A stretch of DNA of 64,000 nt, taken from assembly GCA_964016885.1 (NCBI GenBank), contig OZ024743.1, positions 254,014,001 through 254,078,000 of the forward strand, given 5' to 3'. Positions within the stretch are counted from its first letter, which is position 1; each line of letters starts with the position of its first letter. The notes below the pieces were generated by a model. The model ran no database searches. It saw nothing but the letters and a program-made list of their open reading frames with translations, and had not been told where the DNA came from. The DNA is from Eledone cirrhosa (taxonomy: Eukaryota). A program made the translations under genes and the position numbers. Positions 13,117-27,595 of the stretch are shown piece after piece.

Positions 13117-13291
13117 TTTATGTCCCTTTTTCCCTGTTTGCATATATATTATCATATATATACATGATGTTAATGAGGATGGTGATGATGATGTGTAATT
13201 ATACATTTTCACAAACATATACATAATGTGTAAATGCTTGTGATTTTGGTGTTGAATGTGTGTGTGTGTATCAATCTGAGGTATATCTGTG

Positions 13292-13323
<32 letters not shown>

Positions 13324-13727
13324 TCACTGGTTGTTACAGTTTGTCAGTAGCAGCCATTGATCTATCAACATAAACATAATGGTAAGGGCAAGTAAACAAA
13401 TGGTTATCAGAATTTGATAGCTGGCTAAATTTATTAATACTGGAGATAAAAGCTTGGTGAATATAATAACATTAATATCATTTACAGACACAGCATACCT
13501 CCTCAGTAGAAAACACTTCCCGACCCCACACAGATACTGCACACATACATACACATGCATATATATACACAAAGATAGGATATATATATACAGAAGCATA
13601 TAAATATGTATATATATATATATATATATGCATGCAAGATGGTGCTTTCGAAAGTAGTGACGGCGTTGTTTGCTCATGTTATATAACTTTTTTATATGTG
13701 CAATTTCTTCTGACACAATCTATAACT

Positions 13728-13912
<185 letters not shown>

Positions 13913-14126
13913 TAGACACATTATTTCATTATATACATAATTCTTTCATTCATGGATTGTGATAGAGAAAGAATTGCTGGAGGTATTAAGATTATTGTTA
14001 TTATTCATGGGGAAATATTTCAGCACGTCTTGTTCACACACTTGTGTCTGCAGAGATAATTTCATGAACTGTTGCTTCTATATAAATTATATTATTGGTG
14101 TTAAATTTTGTGTGTTTGTGTGGGTT

Positions 14127-14168
<42 letters not shown>

Positions 14169-14376
14169 CAAACCCATACCTACCCTTTAATACTGGAGCT
14201 GTTGACTAAGAATATCTACATATATTGAATATAAATATGGACCTAGACATATTGGAAATTGTTTGCTATTGATATCATATATTAAGTAAACATATATGTC
14301 CTTGATATCTCATATACAACATAGATATGTATAGCAAACATACATATATATGCATATAGATCTCTCCCTCTCTGTC

Positions 14377-14431
<55 letters not shown>

Positions 14432-14620
14432 GGTGTTAAACAGAAAAAGGAGGAGACATAAAGTAACAAAAGTAGTCACAGAATGTGTGATAAAAGAGAT
14501 TTAACAATCAACAACTAAACAACCATCCTGGTATTAAACTAACTGAAGGTAAATTATAATAATAAATCGAAGTCAAACTCAACTTGTGATTGTGTGTTTT
14601 TATTCGCAATGAATAACAAT

Positions 14621-15270
14621 ATCATCATCATCATCATCTTCGTTTAACGTCCATCTTCCACGTTAGCATGGGTTAGATGGGAGTTGTCCCACTTGAGGCA
14701 AGGTTGGACGGGTGACCGTGCCTCACTCATATAGGACTATCTGGCAGGTTTTCTACGGCTGGATGCCCTTCCTAACACCAACCACATTTACAGTGTGGAA
14801 CTGTGAACTTTTTACTCTGTTACCTACACGGCCACATTACAACGTGGACTGTGTGTTTTTTTGTCATGACACCTACACGATCTCGATCTCATTATCTCAT
14901 TTATTTGGACTGGATGTTGTGGCACCAACTTTACAGAGAGAGGGTGGTGTTGGTGGGAGTGGGAGGATAGGGTAGGGGTAGTGGATTGGGGTGTATATTT
15001 GGTTAAGAGATGCCTACTGACTGTAGGTTTCGCTTTGTACATAGGCTAGGCGAGTCTTCTGTATTACTGCGTAGCGCCAAAGATCTCAGTCCAGTGACAT
15101 TGTCTTAGAGAGGTGCAAGTGTGTAAAGTCAGTATTTATCAGATCGTCCCAGGTTTTTCTGGGTCTACCTACTCCGTAACTAACATCAATTTTGATCGCC
15201 TTGCACATTTTTAGACAACTGTAGTCTTTCATGCGCATCACGTGGTCATACCAACGTAGTCTTCTCACTC
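14621..15270 (-). mobile_element. 5'-truncated RTE, related to 24691-27600 but with a single 3' UTR module
   Basis: ORF 15086-15268 RRLRWYDHVMRMKD..GRPRKTWDD. 3' UTR shares CAGTCAGTAGGCATCTC. (ATC)n tail at 14621. Confidence 0.9.
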
Positions 15271-15287
15271 ATATATATATATATATG

Positions 15288-16900
15288 AAATATAAGAATC
15301 AAAGAACTGTTCAAAACATTATTGTGCTTACAGCTGTTTCCTCCAAACCGAGGTTTGGATTCTTCGGAGCAATTTATTAATGCATGGACAGTTATATGAC
15401 CTCCTTTTCAGCCGAGAGACATACCGATACATATTCAAACATTGATACATATTCAAACATTGTGGGTCAACATTCATTACAGAATTTAGAGTGGCAGTAC
15501 ACACTTCGAGATTACATTTATATTAAGAGGTACAATCAAAAATCAAAAATACAGGTTAAAATACAACAAGGAGATAAGCGGTTATATAGTGCAAATGTTA
15601 TATGTGTGGCACGCATGTGCGTCTTGTTTATATAGTGTGACAGAGAGATATGTGTGGTAGAGGCACTTAGGTAGGTAAACAAGAGTGTTAGATTGGTAGA
15701 TCTGGTGGCAAATTCTTTATATGATTGATATAGTCTGTGTGTGGAGAAATATTATAAGCATTAAAAATAGTGCAAGCATTAAAAGTGTTAAAAGTATTGG
15801 AGATGCACAGCGAAGGGATGTCAAGTATTTCATGTACTTCGGCATTTTCATGGTCAGGGGAGTGTATTTTTCGATTATATGCCCTTCACATAATCCACGA
15901 CAATCCAGTTAGAGATCATAGTCTGGTGTTCTTTAGTTCAATACAGGAGGCTGTTACGTTTCGAGAAAGTCCATTGAATACCACCCGGAAGTGTGTGTGT
16001 GGCTAAGGGGAGTTAATGCATGCGGGGAGGTAACTCTGGGGTTTCTATACCTAGCTATTAAAATGTGTCCCAATATAGACCCTAATTTCTATGGTGATGC
16101 GCATCCTCCAAGAGAAATATTTAAAGCATAAAGTGTATTAACTATAGAGTAGTTTAATTAAGTTATGCTGAAGGTGATCATATTATTATGGTGGATTAAC
16201 CCATCGTAAGGTGCCACAAATGGAAATTATAGATGATGAGCGAGGGTTCTAAATTAATGATCTCTGTGGTTGTAGTCTACTCATAGGACCAGGCGCGGTG
16301 ATTGCAGGATTGCTTCAGGACCCAATGATCTCTGGTAAGATCTGGGTCATCGCTTGCTACATTGGATGTCGAAAGATAATCATCCCCAGGCCGGCCAGAG
16401 GTCAATCCGCAGTCCTCGCGACCCCTCTCTGACCGTCAGATCATCCATATATGTACAGCCCGGTCCTACTGCTCAGCAGGGTTACTAGAATAAATCATTT
16501 TTCATCTGTCTAAGGAAGGTGTTTCCTCTGCACAACACTATCCAACCGATCAATTCATGCTCAAATTACCCTTAGAGCGGTGTAGTGCCGTTCAAGTGGG
16601 TGGATGTTGTCACACCTGACGTAGAGGTATAAATGGGTATTCTCCCTGCGAAGGGTTCCAGAGGGATGTCGTTGTTTGTGTTATAATAGATCAGTTAGAG
16701 TTGGGTATGTAGTATAAGGTGTGTCTCTGGTGTTTGATGTTAGATGTGGTGTTAGGTTCCAGTCCGACATTGCTATATATTGGGCTTAAAGTTTTGGAAG
16801 GAATGTCTGAAGCGGTGCTGATGTTTTTCCATTGAGCTACTTAACTTACTGGTAATAAGGTAGTAATACATTACTGCCTACCACTATTTGGGGTGTGTGT
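15288..16900 (-). mobile_element. Probable decayed PLE 3' portion (GIY-YIG remnants plus HHR-bearing end)
   Basis: Broken minus-strand translation includes VYIGT, SPLATH and CRGLCEGHIIEKYTP. Hammerhead motif near the 3' end, then (TA)n. The 5' boundary is uncertain. Confidence 0.45.
15325..15371 (-). ncRNA. Minimal type I hammerhead ribozyme motif (core U>C variant)
   Basis: UGCU-CCGAAGA-A-UCCAAAC(CUCG)GUUUGGA-G-GAAAC AGCU GUA-AGCA, with palindromic stem III ACAGCUGU. Confidence 0.7.
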
Positions 16901-17051
16901 AAAATACTTATAACTGCATAAGGTTTTGTATTTACATAACCATAAATAGTATAACTAATACTATATATATATATATATTTCTCGTTCAACTTTCGTCAAA
17001 TTGGACTGCTGAGACAATATTTCCATTGGTCTTTCCAATTACTAATACTAT

Positions 17052-17155
17052 CTATCGGTCGCAACTCCAAGTAGAGGGAGTAACGTGAAATAAAGTGTCT
17101 TGCTCATGGACATAACGCATCGCCCACTCCAGGAATCGAACTGACAATCTCATGA
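17052..17155 (-). mobile_element. SINE family B fragment
   Basis: GTTCGATTCC B box followed by GAGCAAGACACTTTATTTCACGTT core. Confidence 0.7.
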
Positions 17156-17157
17156 TA

Positions 17158-17186
<29 letters not shown>

Positions 17187-17188
<2 letters not shown>

Positions 17189-20100
17189 CATCATCATCAT
17201 CATCATTTTGCGTCCGCTTTTCCCTGCTTGCAAGTGTGGGACGGGTCCTATTCAGCACAGCATCTCTCCACTTGTCACGGTCCTTTGTCATCTCCACCGT
17301 GAGCTTCAGCGATCTGAGTTCTCTTCTCACCAACTCCGCCCATGTTTTTCGTGGTCTACCTCTACCACATCTTCCTTCAACTGGCATTTCCTGGCACTTC
17401 TTCACCCATCAGTCATCCTCCATGCCCATCACATGTCCATACCACCTCAGTCTCCTCTCTCGCACTCTACATTCTATCCCTCTCAGACACAGTTATCTCT
17501 CAACACATTCATGCTGGCTCGTTCATGCACATTGACATTGCACATCCAACGGAGCATGCTTGCCTCATTTCTCTCCAGCTGTCACATATCCTCTGCAGTT
17601 GCTGCCCATGTCTCACTACCATGCAGCATCGCACTCCTCACACATATAACCTGCCTTTCGTAGGCAGGGAGAAACCCTTCTTCGTCAGCAGAGGAAGCAG
17701 CTCCCTAAACTTCTTCCAACCCGTCCTTATTCTAGATACTATGGCCTTGTAACACCCCCTCCCATGCTAATCTGATCTCCTAGATACCAGATGCTATCCA
17801 CCACTTCTATAGCACCTGCCTGCATTTGAAAAATGTGTCTATCAATGCAACTTCTACTGTCTAATTTCCCTGTACATCAACTGCATACGTATTTCTCCCT
17901 ACCTGTTAGTTTGCCTGCTATCCCGCTACATCTCTTGTGTACCCTGGATCTGCATTGTGTGCATTTTATAGAATTTATGCTCGTTCCTTTTATGCATATC
18001 GAACATGGCCATTTCCCTGACGGAATCAGAGTATTGTCCTCTCTTCTACTTATCAACACTTTTGACATAGCTAGGTTCACTCTCAGTCCGCTTGCTTCCA
18101 ACTGCTGTTTCCATAGCCAGAATGTATTCACTAGCTCCTCTACTGATTCTGCTATAAGAACCAGATCATCAGCATAGAGAAGTTCCCATGGACAGCCAGT
18201 CTTAAACTCCTCTGTTATTGCTTGGAGGACTATAATGAACAAGAGCGGGCTGAGGACCGAACCTTGATGTACTCCTACTTGTATCTGGAATTCCTCACTA
18301 AACTCCATTCCTACCCTGACTTTATTGACAGTACCTATGTACAAAGTTTGCACTGTCCTCACAAGCCATTCCTCAACACCTAGTTTCCTTAGGGACCACC
18401 AGATTACAGATCGGGGTAGACTATCAAATTCCTTCTCTAGGTCAATAAAGGCTAAGTATAGTGGCTTATTTTTCTCTAAGAACCTCTCTTGTAATTGTCT
18501 CACCAAGAAGAGGGCATCTGTTGTACTTTTTCCAGGCACATCTAATTCTCTAATTAGTTGTGCTAATATCCTTCTGCCACTTTCATAACCTGATCCATCA
18601 GTTTTATACTCCTATAATTGCTCCTCTCCAGAGCATCCCCTTTACCTTTGTAGCAATTTATGAGAATACTGCTGCACCAGTCTTTGGGTATGACACCACA
18701 ATATATAACCTGATTGATGATGCGTGCAACCAGTTTAGTGCCTACGTCCCCTGATGCCTTCAGCATTTCGGCAACTATCCCTGATGGTCCATTTTTCATT
18801 TCCTAAATGGCCTCTTGGACCCTATATTCGTTAATCTCAAAAGCCTGTCCTTCTGTCGAATCTACTAAGGGTAATTTCTCCCTCTCCCATTCCTTCTCCA
18901 CATTCATCAGTCTCTCATAATGACATTTCCAGGCCTCTTTTTTCTGATCATTCGTGACACTACGTACACCGGCATCATTCCGGGCACATTTATCTCCAAC
19001 AACATCCTGAGACACTGCATTGCATTGCATTGCATTGACACACTGCCTTCCAATGTAGAACACCGCATGCCTCTGATCTTCCCGTCGCAGAACATTGGCA
19101 AACCTCCTACTCACAGCCTCCCTGCGTCCTAAGTACACCTGACGTCTAGCTTCTCTCTTAGCGGCTGTATATCCTTCACTACTCCCACCCTTTTTCCAAG
19201 CCTTCCATGCTAGTCTTTTGTCTCTAATGGCCTTATCTACTGTGCTGTTCCACCACCAGGTCACTCTCTGTCTGGTTGGAGCTGTGCTCCAGCCACAAGT
19301 TTCATCAGTAGCCTGCAGTAAGTTGTCACATAAGAAATTCCAGTTATTATCTATGTCACACGTCTCTAAATCGTCTTCTTTTTCGTCATACACATCTTGA
19401 AGGGCTTTCCTAAATTTGTATTTTAGTGAAAGGTCTTTTAGCTTCCAGACCTTTCTTCTCCACACCTTCCTGTATGTCTCATTCCATCTCTTGCATACTG
19501 AGATATCACTAACGACTAACCTATGCTGTGGGGTACATTCTTCCCCAGGGTATGCCTTGGTATTAGACACTATCTGCCTGTCCCGCTGCCTAACTACTAA
19601 GAAGTCAATCTCGCTTATGTTCTCGCCACATGTGTAGGTTATTAGGTGATTGGCAGGTTTCTGGAAGTTAGTGTTGCAAATGGTTAGTGCACTTGCATCA
19701 CAAAATTCAAGAAGTCTCACTCTTTCTTCATTTCTTGCGCCGTAACCGTGCCCACCATGTACCCCAGTGTAACCATCCTGGAGCTGTCCAACATGACCAT
19801 TGAAGTCCCCTGCTAGCATAACGATGTCTCCGTCATCTGTCATTGCGGTTGTTTGTAAAAGTTTCTCATAAAAGCAGTCTTTCTCTTCTTTGCCTAGGCC
19901 TGCTTGGGGAGCATAGGCAGAGGTGATTGTCAGTAGTCTCCTGCCTACAACTAATCTAGCTTAATTATTCGATTACTAACTCGAACTACCTCTATTGTCT
20001 TATTGATCCATCTCTCAGCCAGGAAAATGCCTACTCCCCCTCACCCATTATCCTTACCTACCCAGAAAAGCTTATAGCTAAGATGTTTGCCTACAACTAG

Positions 20101-20428
20101 TCTCGCAGAGGCACCTCTCATTCTCACCTCTTGCACGCGCCACACATCCACATGCCTTCTCTCCAGCATCTCCGCTATTTCAGCAGATCTACCTCTGAGA
20201 GTGCTAACATTAAGTGTTGCAACTCTGAGATGCGACGTCTTCATATTTTGTTGTTGTTCCTATCTATTTGTTGCTGTGCTGATAAGCGTTTTGGCACTGA
20301 TACACTGGTTGGATGCCCTTCCCAACACCAGCGTGGACTGGGTGCTTTTATTTGTGCCACCAGCACTAGAGAGGATGTCTTAGTAGACTCAAAGGCCCTC
20401 TCTACCCCTCCATTTTACAGCATGGTCA
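17187..20428 (-). mobile_element. Near full-length RTE LINE (5' UTR, APE, RT, PHD insert), frameshifted
   Basis: Start at 20244 MKTSHLRVATLNVSTL..VQEVR (APE), then AGDFNGHVG, IDF, LYADD and CSIC..CTQC..HKRC. (GAT)n tail. Split over ORFs 20041-20244, 18803-19843, 18563-18799, 17877-18539 and 17052-17405. Confidence 0.95.
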
Positions 20429-20484
20429 TAAAAAAATATATGTATACGTATATATGTATATGTATATATAAATATATATATGTA

Positions 20485-20690
20485 TGTAAAAGGTAAACAG
20501 AAATAACAACACAATCGGTACAGTATATGGAAGGGATAAATTAGGTTAAATATTGATATAGCAGAAAGAGGGTCTTAACGTTTCGGACGCTAGTCCTTCA
20601 TCAGAAGAAAGAATGAGAAATAAGATAGATTGAGAGGACGGGCAGGATGGAATTGGAAAAAACGTCTTTAGATAAAAATAACAGGTCCAT
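20485..20690 (-). mobile_element. PLE pseudo-LTR-like remnant with HHR
   Basis: Homologous to 24480-24678 on the opposite strand. Carries the HHR at 20573-20608. Confidence 0.7.
20573..20608 (-). ncRNA. Minimal type I hammerhead ribozyme
   Basis: UCUU-CUGAUGA-A-GGAC(UAGC)GUCC-GAAAC-GUU-AAGA, with palindromic AACGUU stem III (dimer type). Confidence 0.75.
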
Positions 20691-20705
20691 TCATGTTGAC
20701 ATCTC

Positions 20706-20912
20706 TTACCCCCACCCAACACCACTTGGGAACATACATATATACATAAGTATACATATACAGATATGTGTTTAACTTTTACAAATATATATTATATATA
20801 TATAATATATATACATATGTAAAAGTTAAACAGAAACAACATACACACATATCTGTATATGTATACTTATATATATATATGTATGTTCCCAAGTGGTGTT
20901 GGGTGGGGATAA
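20706..20912. repeat. Fold-back inverted repeat
   Basis: CCCCACCCAACACCACTTGGGAACATAC pairs with GTATGTTCCCAAGTGGTGTTGGGTGGGG; inner GTTTAACTTTTAC pairs with GTAAAAGTTAAAC. Confidence 0.9.
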
Positions 20913-21260
20913 CCACAGATAAAAAAGGGACCCTACAAGTTGTTGGAGCATAAGCATCTTTATTATGTATAGAAATGACTTCTACAAGACTAGAACTGTT
21001 ACATTTGTACGAAATTATTAGGAATTTCAAATAAAGTTGTTTAGTTCTGGTTATTTATTTATGTCTATTGTGTGGTCATGGAAAGTGCTGGTTTTGGGCT
21101 CTTTTAAATGATATAGGTAGCTGATGGTGTTAGATGTGAAGAAGGAAAGAGGAGAGTGGGAATGGAGAAAGGTCACTTGATTAATGATGAGTGAGATGAG
21201 AGGGAAGAATGTAAAGAAGGGGAAAATGAAGAGAAAGAAGCAGAAGCATATATATACATA

Positions 21261-21452
21261 AAGGAATTGTGGTAAGGAACCAGATGGACCATAACGCACC
21301 AGAGTACTCAATACTTAGGATAGTAGAGTGGGAAATAGGAAAAAGTATGACCCCAACGACAGATCTCAAGCCATTTCGATAACTATTTCTGGACTACATA
21401 AACAGCCGTCGAAACGGCTTGAGCTCTGCCGTCGGGGTCATACTTTTTCCTA
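21261..21452 (-). mobile_element. Hairpin-capped short element (family C)
   Basis: 117-bp imperfect palindrome (21336-21452) plus a 75-bp tail. Second copy at 28728-28928. Flanked by TA. Confidence 0.75.
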
Positions 21453-21540
21453 TATATATACAGGAACGTTTAATTTCCTAATGTTTGTTGAGTGAGTTGG
21501 GATTTGACTGGAGTATCGCTATTAGCTTTCTCCGATAATG

Positions 21541-21613
<73 letters not shown>

Positions 21614-22088
21614 GTATATATATTCATATAATATATATATTCATATAATAGTGATATAACTATGTGATAGATCAGCAGAATTGGAGGAAACTAATGATGG
21701 GCTGAGATGGAAGAGAAGACAATACAAATTGTAAAACATTGGAATAAATCTTATGGTGTAATTAAGAAGAGCAGTCTGACTGGCAAATGTCTGACTTAAG
21801 AGATAGTTACCAGGAATATATCAAAATGGTGCTATTTGAGTTTAATATTGTTAATGGGCAGGTATATAAATTGCAGATATGATATGGATTGATTGATTGA
21901 TTAATGTGTGATGAGAGTTGATGAAAATATCATGTGACTGGCTTTGGAGATAACTTGAGTGTTATTCCAATCCAACTATCATCTAGTTGCTAGCAAATGC
22001 ATTAACATAGCCATTTCCAATTCTTTCCACATGAAGATAAATTGCAAAGTTTATATTTCTTTACAGAATCTGTACTTCAAAAGCTTGT

Positions 22089-22326
22089 TTAACTCTTTTG
22101 CTATGAATCTGCTGAAAACCAGCTCTGGTGTAATGAAACAAAACCATTGTAAAGTGTTCTCTCTTTAATTAAAATCTTCAAATGTAATTTCATCTAAGCT
22201 CATATGTTAATTTTCTACTTCAGTAATGAAATATAAACAATAATTTTAGTAAATTACTCAAAGTTCTTCCATAATTAATTGAAATAGAATGTATTTTATT
22301 AGGAATATGGTCACAATGGGTGTTAA
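22089..22326. mobile_element. Possible old piggyBac-type MITE
   Basis: TTAACTCTTT...GGGTGTTAA ends. Similar TTAACCCTTT / AAGGGTTAA ends occur near 53541 and 60061. Confidence 0.3.
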
Positions 22327-23397
22327 TACCCTATTAGAACCACCCAGAGACTCAAGAGGTGAACTAAAAGGCATGGAATAGTGGTGGAGGATATGGGTAA
22401 ATAATTAGTAGATGCTTGTAAATCTGTCCCCTTTTAGTTATTTAATATATGTTTGAGTAAAATTTTGAAAATAACTAAAATTGAAGTATCAATGTATATT
22501 TCTTCAATCAATTTTGGAATGGGGGTTGATTATGAAATATATTCTAAAAAAATAGAAAATGAAGAGTGTAGACAAAGAAGTCTCTGAAACTTTGGCTTAC
22601 ATCTTAGCACTCCTTAGAGGGATTAATCATTCCCCTGCTGCCACTTAACATCCATTTGTATGTGTATTTTATAGGATTCATATATTGAGTAACTTAGTGC
22701 ACGTATAAGCATCAATTCTTCCCTAACTACCTCTTAATATCTCTTTCTATTCCCACATTGTTCATTCATATATTTATTTATTCAGTACAATATGACTGTA
22801 AACATTAATTAAATATGCATACAAACAACCACACATACACACCATACACACACACACATGCACGCACATGCGCGCACGCACACACACACACACACATGTG
22901 ATATATATTTATTTAATTTTGAACAATATCTTATATGTTGCAAACAGGTTTCACTAATTACATATATATAAAGTATCAATGGTATATATATGTATGTGTT
23001 TCTTTTGTGTGAGTGTATGTTTGAGCTATTTTATGTATATGGATGGATTAAGGTGAGTGTGTGTGTGCATGTATGTATAATCATTATTTACACATGGTTA
23101 CTGGGTTTTCATGTGATACTTTCTATTCACTCCATTCTTTAAAGACCATTTGAATAATAATACATAATGCAGAATGTATACACACTTCATCCATTTATAT
23201 TTGTATCTTAATATCTTTATATAATATATATATATATATACACACACATACATATGCACAGACATTTACAATGTATATGTGTGTGTATGTGTCTTAAGTG
23301 TATGTACATAAATACATTTATATGATATTTGTGTGTATACAAATACTTCAGCTATAATATTGCTGTAAGAATAGCTATAATTAATAGTCTCATGCAA

Positions 23398-23452
<55 letters not shown>

Positions 23453-24183
23453 CATTCTGAATTTATCAATCTATATGTGTTCAGTTTACCATTAATCCAA
23501 ATTTCATATTCTCATTTTGTCACAATGTCTCACAAGTTTCATGTAAAGTATTCACAATTTTCATTTTAGAATAGTCCAATAATGAGGGATTGTATTTATC
23601 AATATGACCTTTAAATCGATATTATTTTTTTAAAATCCTCCACCTGCATTATAAGCCTAAGTATCTGTGTAGATAATATGTATGTACTCCATGGCATACA
23701 TATTTATGTTATGTTTTTATAAGATGCCATGACATTCCTTGAAGGTTTTAGTCTTTTACTTGTTTTATTCATTACACTGTAGTCTGGAGCACCACTTTCA
23801 AGGTATTTAGTGGTTCATATCAACCAGTAGCAACAGCAAATATTTTAAAGACAATTTCCCTACTAAAGCCAAAATTAGCCTTCTAGACCCCATGGAAGGC
23901 TTCATGCTCATCATAAAGTCTTATATGGAGCAACATTTTTCTGTTGGATGTCCTTCCTGCCACTAACCTACTTAGTTTCCTCTTACAACATACAGGGATA
24001 TAGCACACTTATTCTAAACTTGATACACATGATTATATTGAGCCGACTTGATATTTTAAAATAAATTTTCAAGTCTGGTATTTTATCAATATCTTTTTGC
24101 TGTACTGCTAAGTAAACATAAATTTAAAGGCACACACATACACACACACAAACATAAACACACATATATGTGTGTATATTTAC

Positions 24184-24236
<53 letters not shown>

Positions 24237-24479
24237 ATAAGAATTTTATTTCTCCCTCTAGCATAGCTGATACATAAAAGTAAGTATGCATACGTACACA
24301 TATATATATATGTACACATATTCGTTGGATTTTCTAATTTCATTTTCACCCCGAAACTGGATACCAGCCCGGAGTACACCTGAACTTCCACCAGGAAATC
24401 TTTTGTATCATTGAAATTTTCTTTGCTTCTTACATTTAGATATTCCACGACTCTCTACCACTTTTCCTCTACTACAATC

Positions 24480-24678
24480 TTCTTACACCACCTTCTTTTT
24501 TTCCAATTCCAGCCCGCCCATACCCTCAATCTATCTCATTTCTCATTCTTTTTTCTAATGAAGGACTAGCGTCCCAAATGTTAAGACCCCCTTCCTGCTT
24601 ATATCAAGCGTTAACCTAATATATCCCTTCAATATATACTGTACCAATTGTGATGTTATTTCTGTTTAGCTTTTACGT
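24480..24678 (+). mobile_element. PLE pseudo-LTR-like remnant with mutated HHR
   Basis: Homologue of 20485-20690. Core reads CTAATGA-AGGACTAGCGTCC-CAAATGTTAAGA, so it is inactivated. Confidence 0.7.
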
Positions 24679-24690
24679 ATATATATATAT

Positions 24691-27595
24691 GTAGATTATA
24701 TCCTTACCAGAAGACGTGACAGAGTGTCTGTTGTTAACACTAAATCCCTCCCCCATGAAGAATTCACCTCCCAACATAGACTGATAATTAGCGACCTCAT
24801 AGTCAGGACGAGACGTACTAGACAGCGGAAGAGGACTATCCTCAGGAGAAAAATATGGAAGCTAAAGGACCCCATAGCCAGAAATAAATTTCAAAGCATA
24901 TTACTTGACGCTTTTGACAGTAAGGAAGAGCAATTAGAGTCGTATAATATAGAGGAACAGTGGGAATTCCTGAGAGCAAACCTGCTGACGGCGGCAGACG
25001 AAGTCTGTGGCTGGAGCAGCCCTGTAGGTAGGAGGAGAGTAACATGGTGGTGGAACAGTAAGGTGGAGGAGTCAATTAAGGCCAAAAAGCAGGCTTGGAA
25101 AGCATGGCGGGATGGGGGAAGTAGAGAAGACTATCAGGTGGCCAGGAGGGAAGCTAGGAGACAAGTGTACTTCGCAAGAAGGGAAGCAGAGGAAAGAAAG
25201 TTCAAGCATGTGAGGACCAAAAACGTGAGGTGTTCAGGATTGCCAGGCAATGTGTCAAGGAAAACCGTGATATTGTCGGGGAGAAGTGTGTGCTTAACGA
25301 TGATGGCATACTTGCCATCACCGACGCTGATAAGAAGGTAGCTTGGAAGTGTCACTACGAAAGGCTTCTAAATGAGGAGAACAAATGGGAGAAAGACAGT
25401 CTCCCCCACATCGACCCAATAGAGGGACCAGCAGTGTTAGTCCAGGGTAGTACAATAAGCAAGGCAATCAAAGATATGAAGACGGGTAAGGCAGCTGGTC
25501 CTTCGGAAATAGTTGCTGAGATGCTGAAGGCATCTGGTTCGGTGGGACACACCATGGTCACCCGGATAGTTAACCAAGTCGTACAGAATGGGGTTGTTCC
25601 GAAGGACTGGCGTAGCAGCATCATCGTTAACTGCTATAAGGGAAAAGGAGATGCCCTAGATAGGAGTAACTAGAGAGGCATTAAATTAATCGACCAGGTC
25701 ATGAAGGTCACGGAAAAAGTAATAGCGCAACTAATCAGAGAGAGAATTGATCTAGATGAAATGCAGTTCGGATTTGTGTCAGGCAAAAGTACCACAGATG
25801 CTCTTTTCATTGTACGAAAGCTACAGGAGAAGTACCTAGCTAAAAGTAAACCCCTATACTTAGCCTTCGTCGACTTGGAGAAAGCCTTCGACAGAGTCCC
25901 CCGTTCCATTATCTGGTGGTCTCTTAGAAAACTAGGTGTTGACGAATGGCTTGTGAGAGCTATACAAGCCATGTATAAAGAAACAGTCAGTAAGGTTAGA
26001 ATTAACAACGAATATAGTGAAGAGTTTAGCGTAAAAGTTGGTGTCCATCAGGGCTCTGTTCTTAGCCCCCTACTATTTATTATTGCCCTTCAGGCTATAA
26101 CAGAGGAGTTCAAGACTGGCTGCCCATGGGAACTCCTATATGCAGATGATCTAACGCTCATAGCTGAATCAATGACCGAACTAGAGAAGAAATTCCAAAC
26201 ATGGAAGCACGGCCTAGGATCAAAAGGCCTTAAAATTAACCTGGCTAAGACTAAAGTTCTAGTTTGTAGGAAAGAAAATAAGGCGGCAGTCCCATCTGGG
26301 AAATGGCCATGCTCAGTGTGTAGGAAAGGCGTAGGTAGAAACTCCATTTTATGTCCCAAATGCAAAGTATGGGTGCATAAAAGATGTAGTGGGATCACAG
26401 GTAAGCTAACTAAGAACATAGATTTTACATGTGGCCGGTGCTCTGGTGCAATAAGTAGCAGCAAGTGCCCACAAAATACTAGCTCCTTCAACTGCGCAGA
26501 GGGTTCTATAGAAATAGTGGACAGCTTCTGTTACCTGGGTGACAAAATCAGCAGTGGGGAGGGTGCTCTGAAAGTACAGTAGCTAGAGTCAGAACTGGAT
26601 GGAAAAAGTTCAAAGAGCTTATACCACTATTAGCCGCTAGAGGGTTCTCCCTAAAAATGAAAGGCAGGTTATACGATGCCTGCATACGAACAGCAATGCT
26701 GCATGGCAGTGAGAACTGGGCATTGTGTGCAGAGGATATACGCAGACTAGAGAGGAACGAAGCTTGCATGCTCCGCTGGATGTGCAATAGTAATATACGT
26801 GAACGGCAAAGCATAAACGAACTAAGGAAAAAATTAGAAATAAGAGGGATCAGATGTTGTTTACTCGAGAGAAGGCTACGTTGGTACGGTCACGTGATGC
26901 GCATGAAAGACGACAGCTGTATAACAAAGCGCAGGGCAATAAAGATAGACGGTAGCCACGGAGTAGGCAGACCCAGAAAAACATGGGATGAGCTGATAAA
27001 TTCCGACCTCACACGCTTACACCTCTCCAAGACAATGTCACTGGACCGAGACCTTTGGCGGTACTCAGTAATAGAGAAGACCCGCCTTACCTAAATACAA
27101 AGTAAAAACCTACTACAGTCAGTAGGCATCTCTATCAAATCACCCCCCCGTCCCACCACCTCCACCCCATCCACACCGCCCCTTTCAATGTACAGTTATG
27201 TTGGTCCCACAACATCCAGGCCGAAACAAATGAGATCGTGTAGGTGTCACGACAAAAAACACACAGTCCACACTGTAAATGTGGCCGTGTAGGCAACACG
27301 GTAAAAACCTCTCAGCCCCACACTGTAAATGTGGTTGGTCTTAGGAAGGGCATCCAGCTGTAGAAAACCCGCCAGACAGTCCACGCTGTAATGTGGCCGT
27401 GTAGGCAACACGGTAAAAACCTCCCAGCCCCACACTGTAAATGTGGTTGGTGTTAGGAAGGGCATCCAACTGTAGAAAACCCGCCAGACAGTCCTATGCG
27501 AGCAAGACAACCACTCTTGCCTCAAGTGGGAAAACCCCCGTCCAAACCCATGCAAGCGTGGAACACGGACGCTAAACCTGATGATGATGATGATG

